64,000 nucleotides of DNA from Lytechinus pictus (Eukaryota): positions 11,036,001-11,100,000 of the forward strand of contig NC_087257.1 of assembly GCF_037042905.1 (NCBI RefSeq), given 5' to 3'. Made by a program: the position numbers and the translations under genes. Shown here piece by piece: positions 22,701-33,262 of this stretch. The stretch's first letter is position 1. The number at the start of each line of letters is the position of its first letter. The notes below the pieces were generated by a model. That model was not told the origin of the DNA and made no database searches. It was given only the letters and a program-made list of their open reading frames with translations.

Positions 22701-25700
22701 AGGCAAGTTCACCTATTGACTTTTTGACACATGTCTACAGCACAAATCTGGTGCCACCCTAGTATTATTTTATTTTTAGAACCTACTTTGAATTAAAAGG
22801 GTTATTTTTATTGTGAGTTGCATCTAGACTCAATCAACGTACAATGTAGCTTGTGGTTACAGATTTTGTTACTACCCTCATGAAAAAAAAAACCTTTATG
22901 TATTTATAGTATACACACCCGAATGAATGAAAAGAATTTACATCAGTTTACCTTTAGTTACTTTTCTCTTCCAATTTCAGGTACACTGTATCCCAGGCTG
23001 ATGTTGTCGTTTTCAAAGCACTGACTGGGGGCCCAGCAGCAGACCTCTTCAACGCACTCAGATGGTACAATCAAGTCAAGTCGTATTCTTCCACATTTAC
23101 TAGGTGTGTGTAATTTATCTTTTTTTCCTTATGAATGTACAGTAAATGGGGCTAATGCATCAATGGCAGCCAAAAAAAAACAGTTATTTTCAGGGGCTCC
23201 TTTTTGCAAATTATTGCCCAATAAATCTGCTACATTGGATTTTTTTACATTGCAATGAAGAAGGATTTTCCAGGGCCCCTTATTCAAGTTTCCAGGGTCA
23301 TTTTTAGCATAAATCGGAACAAAATCTTCTTCTTCACTCGTAAGTACAGGCCACTGTAATGCCGCCGCGCACAGAAAAATCAAGCCATAGAAGTCGTGTG
23401 TGGTGGATGCCAGAAGTGGCGTCACAGCACACGCGACCCACTAGTTAGAAATCCACTGCCAAACGCGGTTCTTGGTGCGAGGTTAGTATACTATTATAAA
23501 TAAGGTACTAACCTCGCACTAGTGTGAGTGCCGTTTGGTGTATTTTTGTACTGTTGACTGTTGTGCAGGTTTATGTACAGTGTCTCATTAAACTTGCCCT
23601 AGCCCGCTTTTCCCTAATTAAAGGGGAAGTGAAGTTCACCCTGATAATATTTGATTTAAATTAGAGCAGAAAAATAAGAGAAAAATATTTGTGAAGATTT
23701 GATGGAAATTTGTTTGTGATAAGCATCTGATTTTGTGACATGACCAACGAGCAGCTCCATTGGCTGTGTGATATCATTTTTTTTAAAGCCATTTTCTCAA
23801 TGAATTGAATTTTATTTTATTTGTGCAGGGAATATATAACTCAGGAGAAAATGGAAAAGATTTTTTTAACATAATCCAAGTTGAGTTTTGCCCAAGTCAA
23901 ACAGAATTCTAATATGGTCCCATAAGATTTGACATTTGCAGGTTCGCCTGTATAATAATTAAGAAAAATGTATCTATCCATGATGATAGGGGCATTTAGG
24001 CTGATCAATAGGATATAAAAGGCCATAGCCTTGGATTAATATAATCCCTATTGATGCGTACAGGGTGTACATTATATCTTATTTTACATAAGAGACGTTG
24101 TTTTAAGATTTATTTCTTTTTTATTTTTTGGTTGTTTGAAACCAGCCTACCTGGGGTAGCCAAAGCTATCAGTGAGTACGGTCCTGCGGTCACTCCAACT
24201 GCATCCAAGAAACCCGCTGACGACGACGAAGATGGTGACGACAGCGATTTTGACGTCTTTGGGTCAGATGATGATGATGAGGAGGAAACTGTGAGTGTCA
24301 TACAAACTCTTTATTTTTTAACCCACAAGTTGGCTAAAATCATTCTTTGGTTTAGGCCCTGTTTGATTTTGGGCGTGTTTTGCAAATGTCCATTGAACAC
24401 GTACGTATGCATGTCTCTCATTGCCCCTGTAGTATCCTTGTAATCTCAAAGATGTTCATGGATTGTACATACATTCAGCGCATGATGGCGTGCCAGTGAA
24501 ATCGATGCTAATTCTAGGATCGAGTTGAAGAGAGCTTGGGTTTGGGTAATTACGTCCCAGTTTCAGCTGGAATTATGGAAATTCAATACATGCCCGGAGA
24601 AACAAGTTATTGTGGTTTTTAAAAATGATGTGTTGAAGATCAGAGGCTAGATATAGGCAGCCTAGTAAGCACGCACCAAGGGACACCAGGCTGTATTGCA
24701 AGCGCTAGGCGCAGCGACTGTGAGATTGATCGGTCGAGTGGTGGCTCCGAGTTCCGGGCCGATTCAGGACCCGGAAATTAATTTTGCTATTAAAACCTTC
24801 CAGTCCAGGTTCAAGCCGGGTTTTCATCCCGAGCCCAAACGTTACATGACAGTTTTTTTACATGACTTTTGTATAGATTGATTTATTCAAATATAATTTA
24901 TTTGTTTAAAAGCTTTAAATCCTGTTGATCAAAGAATCTATTGATTTTTGTTTTCTTTTTGTTTTACAGAAACCACCTCCAAAAAAATTAGAGCCAAAGA
25001 ATGCAAAGAGTAAGTTAATGACATATGTTTTATGATATTCTGATTTATTGAACCTAGGTAGTTGTCCATATGAACAGGCATAGGGTAGTCTTTTGTCTTT
25101 GCACTATAAATCCATGACCTTGATCAAAGTTAAAATAATGGGGAGCCAAAATGTTGAAATTGCACAGGTCTGTGTTATCTGTTTCCTGTCTCTTCTTCGC
25201 TCATGTCTAAATGATGGAGAGAACTATTTCAGTTATTATTCCCAGTCAGTTATGAATGATTTGAGTGTCAAATTGGCTAACAAACTGAACTTGTACTTTT
25301 GGATATACCTGTCATGATTGGCTTTCCATAGTTAAACCACAACCTTAGGCCAGAGTTCAAATTAAACAGGGCCCCGTCTTACAAAGAGTTGCGATTGATC
25401 CAATCAACCTCATATGGACGGCCAGCAAAGTCAACATCTAAAATTCAAATTTGTTCGAAATATTTTTGAGATATCATGTATATTCATACATTCCTTGCTC
25501 TTTTGAAGATTCACTGATTCTCTTTGTTTACTGAAGGAGATTGTGTAAATTTTCTAACGAAAAAGTTATGGTATGGATGGATTTCCATACAGTTGAGATT
25601 GATTGGATCAATCGCAACTCTTTGTAAGACGAGACCCAGAACTCACTTTCTTCCAGCATCATAAGACATGCTTTTTCTATTGATACTGTCCCAACACTTG

Positions 25701-28700
25701 TGTGGTCATTTTAAAGAACAAGTCCACCCCAACAAAAAGTTGATTTGAATAAAAAGAGAAAAATCAAACAAGCATAACACTGAAAATTTCATCAAAATCG
25801 GATGTAAAATAAGAAAGTTATGGCATTTTAAAGTTTTGCTTAAATTCACAAAACAGTTATGTGCACATCCTGGTCGGTATGCAAATGAGGAGACTGATGA
25901 CGTCATCCACTCACTATTTCTTTTGTATTTCATTGTGAGAAATATGAAATATTCTAATTTTCTCATTGTCCAGTGAAACAACGATTAATTCCTCCATGAA
26001 CATGTAGAATTAGCATTGTTTAATACTATATGGTTCAGTCAAGTTGTTCCTTATTGACAAATCTGTAAAAAATGAAATATTGTATAATTCGAACAATAAC
26101 AAACAAAAGAAAAAGTGAGTGAGGGACATCATTGACTGTCTCATTTGCATGTCACTGAGTTGTGCACATCACTGTTCTGTGAAAAATAAGCGAAACTTTA
26201 ATATATCATAACTTTCTTATTTTACATTCAATTTTGATGAAGTTTTTAACCTTTAGTTAGTTTGATTTTTCTCTATTTATTCAAATCAATATTTTTCTGG
26301 GGTGGACTTGACCTTTAAAATCAGATTCTGTTCTAACTCATTTTAAGATTGATTGCTACAACTGGCATTTATCTTTCATTATCTTAATACCACCTTCATC
26401 ATGTAGACTGTCAAATTTTACTGATACATTTCTTGATATTTACAGAACCAGTGATTGGTAAATCGAGCGTTCTCTTTGATGTGAAACCTGAAGATAGTGA
26501 AACGGACCTTGGCGATATAGAGAAGCAAGTTCGTGCCATTGAGCAAGACGGTCTACTATGGGGTGCAGGTAAATTACTTAAAAGTTGATTTATCTACAGT
26601 GTGTCTATAAGAAAAAGCTGTACACTTCTGAAATGGCTGCCAAACAAAAATAAATGTGACTCAGTCAATTGACGAGTACAAGGCATTTGACATGCACATC
26701 AATACAGCTCGCGCAGCCGTCATTGGTGTGTCGTGATTGAGTTACAATTTTTGGAATTCATATTTAATTTTAGAATACATTTAATTCTTTATCTTGTACT
26801 CTGTTGTCAAATATCAAAGATTATTACCTATACAAGGCATTTTAGCAGATAAATAAAAGTCATATTTCGCTCGCTACTTTCAATCCGAGGCCAACTAGGT
26901 AAAACATTTGCCATGTTGCCCTCTCTGGGCTTTGCCCAATAGGAATCCTGTACAAAACAGAGTGCAATATTGGCTATATTTCTGCTAATGCGCTTGTGCA
27001 GTAGGAGCCGATTTTGATCGCTAATTTCAGTATTTGAAAAATCTGGCTGGAACCAGTTTATGAACTAACGTATTGTAGATTTCTACGCGTTGAAAGAACC
27101 ATATTTGCCCTCGTCTGAAGACTCGGGCCAATATGATTCTGTTGCGGGCGACATATTTGATATTCCTTCAAGGCCAGTCAATATTATGTAATTATAGCCA
27201 TGTACATTTGATAATCGATGTATCAAATCAATAATCATTTGGTGAACATTTGATTAGTGTAAAAAGTAGTATTCGGTTGCCAATTGTTGGTAATCTGCTC
27301 GAATGCATCGATTGTTCAAGGTTTACTCCCAGGCCCACCTGTTTACTAAGTGTTCATATTTTTTACTTATTTCAGTAATAGAAATCACGGGTTTAATTTT
27401 TGCATTCGAGTCAGACTGTTTTAGACCATCAGTTCTATATTGACCTTCTTTCAGTACTAACATGGCCCCCATGTTTACCTCTATTGAAATTATGCAGCTT
27501 CTATTAAAATTCTCATTAAAGACTTTACATAGCCTCTGTTTTAATTCCACTTTGAAATTATTGTAACTCTTATCAAAATTTCATCTTCATTTTATTTTTG
27601 TTGACAGCCAAACGTATCCCAGTTTGCTTTGGAATTGAGAAACTTCAAATTCTGTGTACAGTTGTAGATGACAAGGTAAGTAGTTCAAAGTGTCAGTCGT
27701 TATACAAGCAAGTACAAATGTGACCAGCCACTCCAAAACCAACAATAAGTCGCCCAAATTTTGAGGTTTTTATTCATTTTGAAAAAGCACATCCTTAACT
27801 TCGAAATCATATGTTATTTGTCAAAATTGATTGAAGGACAAGTCCACCCCAACAAAAAGTTGATTTGAATAAAAAGAGAAAAATCCATCCAGCACAACAC
27901 TGAAAATTTCATAAAAATTGGATGTAAAATAAGAAAGTTATGACATTTAAAGTTTTGCTTAATATCACAAAACAGTTCTATGCACATCCTGGTCGGTATG
28001 CAAATGAGGAGACTGATGACGTCATCCACTCACATTCTTTTGTATTTTGTTATATGAAATGTGAAATATTCTAATTTTCTCCTAATTGTCAAGTGAAACA
28101 ACGATTAATCCATCCATGAACATGTGGAATTAGCATTGTTTGAGACTATATGGTTCAGTCAAGTTGGTCCTTATTGTCAAATCTGTAAAATAAAAAAAAT
28201 GAAATATTGTATAATTCAAACAATAAAAAACAAAAGAAAAAGTGAGTGAGGGACATTGACTGTCTCATTTGCATGTCACTGAGTTGTGCATCACTGTTTT
28301 GTGAAAAATAAGCGAAACTTTAAATATCATAACTTTCTTATTTTACATCCAATTTTGATAAAATTGTTAACGTTATGCTGGTATGATTTTTCTCTATTTA
28401 TTCAAATCAACATTTTTCTGGGATGGACTTGACCTTTAAACGAGAATTCCAAACCATGACTATGAACGAACTTTCATAGTATGTGGTCAATTCCACCTAA
28501 CGGACATGACATATCAAAGTAACACCTGAAAATGTCTAGTATTCAAATAGTTCTAGCTGAGTTGATCAAACACATACAAGATTCACAATCCATTACAAGG
28601 CATAATAAGATCATTTTCTCTGCAACTGTTAAAGCATTGTAAAATTAGAATTCAATGGGTATGGGACAAAATTAAAGATAAGTATTATAGGCAAGAACTT

Positions 28701-29671
28701 CTTCAATAAGAGGGCATTTTCGCAATCACTATGCAGACATTTTCATACTGTAGATAATCTTTTGTCAAAACCCCTTCAATGATAAAACAGACTTTGTTGA
28801 AAATCGGTGAGTCAAAATAGCAGTGCCGTTCTGGACAAACAAAATATGTGACCTGCCACCCCAAAACCAACAATAAGTCGACCAAAATGAATATTGAGAT
28901 TTTTATTGAGCTTGATAATTCACTTTCTAAGCTTCAAAATGAAATATAATATGTTAAAATTGACCAACAATAACCATTACAAGTGCTTGATTGAATGCAG
29001 AGGAAATTTAGCAAGAGCTTAAAAAAATAAGAAAGCAAGGTTTGAGGTTCAGGGTTCACTCAAGCATGAGACGTGCATACTGTGTAATCTCAGTGAAACT
29101 TCAAAGCAGTCTGAAAAAGTAATGTCCAAGGAACTCTTGTATCTTTTCTTTTATTGAACTTCACAACTTCATAAATTTTCACAGTATGAAGAAGAATTGC
29201 TCTTTCAGATAAGCTATTTTTAAAATTTTTGGTTTTTGGAGACTAAATTACTATTTTGGCTATTTACAGAGAAGCTTACGTGGCGACTTATTGGTGGTTT
29301 TGGGGTGGTAGGTCACATATTTGCAATTTTCATAAATTTTCAGACGGTACACTGTCCCGGTCCACCAACTTTTGACAAAAACCTCTCAGTTGTCCACTGT
29401 AACTTGCAATTTCAAAGGAAATGATGCGTTGTAGAAAGCGTTAGCATAGTGATTGCGAAAGTACGCTATTGTAGATTTTAAAGGGCGATGCCTTCAAATT
29501 GTCTGAATTCCATTTTCACAAGGTGTAATTGCCATAGTGAAGAATCGCTTTGTACTCAGTTCCGATCACATCCTCTTTCTAACGCAGGTCAGCGTCGATG
29601 ATCTCCAGGAGAAAATCGAGGACTTTGAAATCGTCCAGTCTGTCGACATTGCAGCATTCAACAAGATCTAG
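19648..29671 (+). CDS. EEF1B2: Translation elongation factor 1-beta (eEF1B-alpha), complete, 7 exons, 220 aa
   Basis: Exons 19648-19727, 22981-23103, 24146-24290, 24970-25009, 26446-26568, 27608-27675, 29588-29671; all GT-AG, 663 nt. N-terminus [28 protein letters not shown], then ALRWYNQV, acidic [12 protein letters not shown], and a GEF domain [10 protein letters not shown]...DGLLWGA...FGIEKLQI...DDKVSVDDL...[12 protein letters not shown]. Confidence 0.96.
20228..20982. mobile_element. TIR element in eEF1B intron 1
   Basis: 23-bp inverted repeat gcaattctcgctaccccaaatag / ctatttggggtagcgataattgc, one mismatch. Confidence 0.65.
22981..23103 (+). CDS. EEF1B2: eEF1B-alpha exon 2 ([14 protein letters not shown]...[12 protein letters not shown]...)
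   Basis: tttcag acceptor, gtgtg donor, 123 nt. Confidence 0.96.
24146..24290 (+). CDS. EEF1B2: eEF1B-alpha exon 3 ([13 protein letters not shown]...[15 protein letters not shown])
   Basis: accag acceptor, gtgagt donor, 145 nt; acidic CK2-type site. Confidence 0.95.
24970..25009 (+). CDS. EEF1B2: eEF1B-alpha exon 4 ([13 protein letters not shown])
   Basis: Strong polypyrimidine tract and cag, gtaagt donor. 40 nt, phase 0 to 1, exactly what is needed to join exons 3 and 5. Confidence 0.85.
25367..25640. mobile_element. MITE (PIF/Harbinger-like)
   Basis: cgtcttacaaagagttgcgattgatccaatcaa / ttgattggatcaatcgcaactctttgtaagacg, about 33-bp perfect TIR core. Confidence 0.8.
25711..26318. mobile_element. 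Kolobok-like TTAA MITE, same family as 3098-3704
   Basis: TTAA-agaacaagtccacccc ... ggggtggacttgacct-TTAA. Confidence 0.85.
26446..26568 (+). CDS. EEF1B2: eEF1B-alpha exon 5 ([40 protein letters not shown])
   Basis: tacag acceptor, gtaaat donor, 123 nt. Confidence 0.96.
27608..27675 (+). CDS. EEF1B2: eEF1B-alpha exon 6 ([22 protein letters not shown])
   Basis: gacag acceptor, gtaagt donor, 68 nt. Confidence 0.96.
27831..28439. mobile_element. Kolobok-like TTAA MITE, same family
   Basis: Very similar to 25711-26318; left TTAA altered to TTGA. Confidence 0.85.
28710..29470. mobile_element. Nested MITEs: outer element interrupted by an inner element at ~28846-29320
   Basis: Outer TIR tttcgcaatcactatgc / gcatagtgattgcgaaa. 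Inner TIR atatgtgacctgccaccccaaaacc / ggttttggggtggtaggtcacatat. An uninterrupted relative of the outer element lies at ~61530-61830. Confidence 0.75.
29588..29671 (+). CDS. EEF1B2: eEF1B-alpha exon 7 ([27 protein letters not shown])
   Basis: cgcag acceptor, TAG stop, canonical AAFNKI C-terminus. Confidence 0.97.
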   Translation, partial: VSVDDLQEKIEDFEIVQSVDIAAFNKI

Positions 29672-29758
29672 GTTCCACGTGTATCTCCATCTCCTGCAAG
29701 CTCCATCTCGGCAAATGCACGTTGATCAACCTGCAGCATGAATTGAAACTGCCAGAAG

Positions 29759-29764
29759 AATAAA
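29759..29764 (+). terminator. Polyadenylation signal of eEF1B-alpha
   Basis: AATAAA about 88 nt after the stop, followed by GT/T-rich sequence. A more distal AATAAA occurs near 30766. Confidence 0.6.
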
Positions 29765-31898
29765 CTCCACAGTGTTGCGTTTCTCAACAAGTTTATTATT
29801 CAATTCAATTTATTTTCAATTCCAATTAAAAGAAATTTACAGAGAAATACATGCAGGCATAACAGATTGTCAATACACAAGAAATACCTAATTAAGATAT
29901 ATACACATGCATACAGTACATAAAACTACACAGAAGTTTCAAGAATAGGATGGAACTGAGGAAGACTGCAAAAAACCAAAAAAACATGAAGTTGTTGTCG
30001 AGGAAGCAATGCATTGAGAGAAAGTCAAAGAATTGAATAATTACAAGAAAGGGACATGAGAAGAAATTGAAATACATATAAATACATTACATATACAAAG
30101 CAAGGTTCTTGGCCCAATAATGACCAATTTGAATTGGGGGTTTGTGGTCTGTTTTCATCATGGGGAATTTGACACGATCTGAACATAAGTCACTCATGGT
30201 AGAACAAGATTTATGACTACATGTACATGTAGCAGACCCTATGCAATACCACTGACTTGCTATCATAACAAATGCACAAATTCTATAACAAGTCTACTAT
30301 CTGCCAATCAAACGGAATTATTTCAGTAGCTTTCTACTGTTGCAAATTTGTTTTCACAAAAAAGTTTTATGAAATTGGTCCCAGAAGTCTTTCATGTAAT
30401 TTCTCTATCCTTCGAAATCTATCAAATTTTTATTTGAAAGTTTTATTGATTATTAAGTGATTGATTTTTCAAGTCTAAAGAGTTTCATGTTTGATTCAAC
30501 AAGAATTTTGATGACCTGTTTCAGCATTTGCAGGCTGTCTAACATCAAGTGTTATTTTCTAGTGATTTTGAATCCCCAGAAAATGATTAATCATGCAAAG
30601 AGTTTAAATAATCCATTCCACTCTAGTACAAATGAGAAGAATATTTTGTCAATTTTAGATTTAAAATTCCAATTTCATTGTGATTTGATCATGTGGTAAG
30701 TCACATTGTAACAATCTACTTGGGGCATTTCCAGGATATCATTTAATGAATATGTTTAGGATTCAATAAAGCATTTGCCAAGATGGAACTCTTTTGTATT
30801 GTTGTCATTTCTTTTTTTTTGTGGGGGGGGGGGGTGTTTATTGGGCATGTGAGACTGCAGAACAAGGGGCATCTCTAACCATCAAAATGTTCTCATTTTA
30901 AATAGAAAACTAACCAAAGGGTTTCAAGATATCGCACAAAGATTGGTGCTTTGTTCTATCCAGAACATTGTTTAATCGATACACAGATTCATTGAAGGTA
31001 CAATCAATCTTAAGATCGATATTGATTGTATGTCTATGGCACGTAAAAGATTCTGTCAAGAGTTACAAATAATGAGATGATCGATCATTTTACAGTTACA
31101 AGAGTATGTTGGACAGGTATGTTTGGAGATAGACCCTTGTACTTCAGGCTTGTATGGGGTGTTGCAAGAAACTTACAATCAATCGCAAGTCAATGTCGGA
31201 TCCCAAAGTCAATCATTAGTCTTCGAATTGTAAATTTGCTATTGAAGACTAGTCGGCTTCTTGCATCAATTATAGATTGATTTGCTTTCATGAAAATGAA
31301 TCTTATCGCTTGTAAATTTGCAATTGATTTTGTCATTCTTTCTCTTTACCATTCGTTCTCTCCATCCCTCTATGACTTTCTCTCTCTACATATTCTATAT
31401 ATACATTTATACTAATTTCGCTTTCTGTCGATCAGTAGATTACACAACATTTTCTCCTGCGACAAAGCCGACAATGCTCCGACATTTTTTTGTAATAGCT
31501 ACATATGCATGGTTTGTTTTCAACTCGCCGTAAGGCCGCCGTAGAGCAAATGTGACCGATGTATTACCTGTCACTTTGATGTAATTTTTTCTTTCTTTTT
31601 TTCATATTAATTCAACTGGTTTGAAAGGTTTCTATCTTCTTAAAAGTCAACCTTCAAAAAAAGGAACGTGTGAAAAGCTCGATCACTTCGCTCCCTCTTT
31701 TACATTACTTCTCGTACATTAATGATAATAATAATAGGCTCTAGTAATTGGCTTTTATATAGCGAGTTATCAATCAACGACTGCTCAGAGTGCTATAGCT
31801 TCACAATTATTACCCGGTCACTGGATTCAAGCAGCCTGTTAGGCGCACACTTGCTAGACCAACCGCAGTGACGGTTGTTTCCTATCGATAGGCCTATA

Positions 31899-33262
31899 CA
31901 GTCTCTGTGCGTATCAATAAAAACGGGACAGTTTTGAAAAGTGTTTAAAAAATTTGTTTCAAATTAAGATATCTATATTTTCATGTTAATAGATGCTCTG
32001 AAATCTTATCTTTGAAATGCAATTTTAAAAAATAAATTTTGTTCATGCTTGAGCGAACACGGGACGTTTTTGTCTGGGTTCAAAGAGAGGCTTGCGCCAG
32101 AATGGCAGAATATGAGTAATATGATGATCAGACTTCTTGCTAATCAGCAGACTTCCTCTTAACCTTTTCATTATCTGTGCCATGATTTTCTAATTATGCT
32201 GTCAAATTTTATTTACAAATTTATTTATTTACTTGAATTATTTTGTTTTTTCATTTAAACTTCTTTTACCTTTGAATTTTCCTTTATAAGTAAGAAAAGA
32301 AGACTTTTTGTCAACCCAAGCAAGAAGATTTGCATTATTAATTGGGAAAACTTGAAATTATTCAAATCCTTTTATTATGTGAAACAAATTATGTTATGGT
32401 ACCTTTGAAAGACATGAATCAATTTTTCAAAGGGTTATTGATCCCTTGACCAAGTTTAATTATATGCTTGACAGGACAAACGGGAAGGGATTCATGTCTT
32501 TCAATGGCAATGGTGCATTGAGTCAATTTTGAAGGAGCTAGATATGGCAGATCAGGTAAAATGTATTAAAAAGTTGTGAGCGAGGCGAGCATGCAAATAT
32601 TCCCACTTTTTTATTACAATACCATATTTTGCGATAGATTTTGACATAATCATAAAAAATATCATATTTTACTTTCTATCTTTCCTTTGATTTCCTTTCC
32701 ACTTTTTTTCTCGGTCATGATTTTTTTTTTATTGAGGGGGGGGGGGGGCATCCCCAAGCCCCCGCCTATCTGTATGGCACAGTTCAAATGGCACCATAAC
32801 CTTTGTAGCACACAATGAAAGGTTTTGAAAATTAAATACACGCTCTCCCATACTTCGGTTGAAAAAATTTGTTTTAGCTTGAAGAAGGAATATTCAAAGC
32901 TAAAAGAGAACATTAAAAAGAAAAAACACCAGAACAATTCAAGCAAATAAATAGACTAAATGAATATTGACGGCATAGTTTGAAAATTATGGCACAGATA
33001 ATGAAAAGGTTAAGAGAAAGTCTGCTGATTAGCAAGAAGTCTGATCATCATTTTTATCATTGTATGCCATTTTGGCGCAAGCCTCCTTTTTAACCCCAGA
33101 CAAAACACGCCGTGCTCGCTCAAGCATGAACGAAACTATTTTTTTTATGGCATTTGAAAGATAAGACCTCAGAGCACATATTAACACCAAAATATAGACA
33201 TAATTTGAAACAAAAATTTTATAGACTTTTCAAATCTGTTCCGGTTTTTTTTATACGCACTG
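31899..33262. mobile_element. Tc1/mariner-like non-autonomous element with ~280-bp TIRs
   Basis: TA-CAGT ... ACTG-TA ends; ~31905-32190 is the inverse of ~32985-33262; inserted into a minus-strand SINE. Confidence 0.75.

Noticed and set aside
23975-24075. Possible snoRNA in eEF1B intron 2 (ATGATGA ... CTGA; ATATAA ... ACA)
   Set aside because: The C and D boxes are only 14 nt apart with no terminal D box, the second H/ACA hairpin is unconvincing, and I found no rRNA guide. A covariance-model search is needed.
24518-24545. Phase-compatible alternative to eEF1B exon 4 (tag|GAT...TTGG|gtaatt, DRVEESLGL)
   Set aside because: Very weak polypyrimidine tract and no similarity to eEF1B; likely chance.
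25205-25292. Possible C/D snoRNA (ATGATGG ... CTGA) in eEF1B intron 4
   Set aside because: Imperfect C box, no terminal stem, no clean rRNA complement.
25706-25981. Recurring ORFs containing [16 protein letters not shown] (also 27814, 59836, 60390)
   Set aside because: Translations of the TIR of one MITE family, not a protein family.
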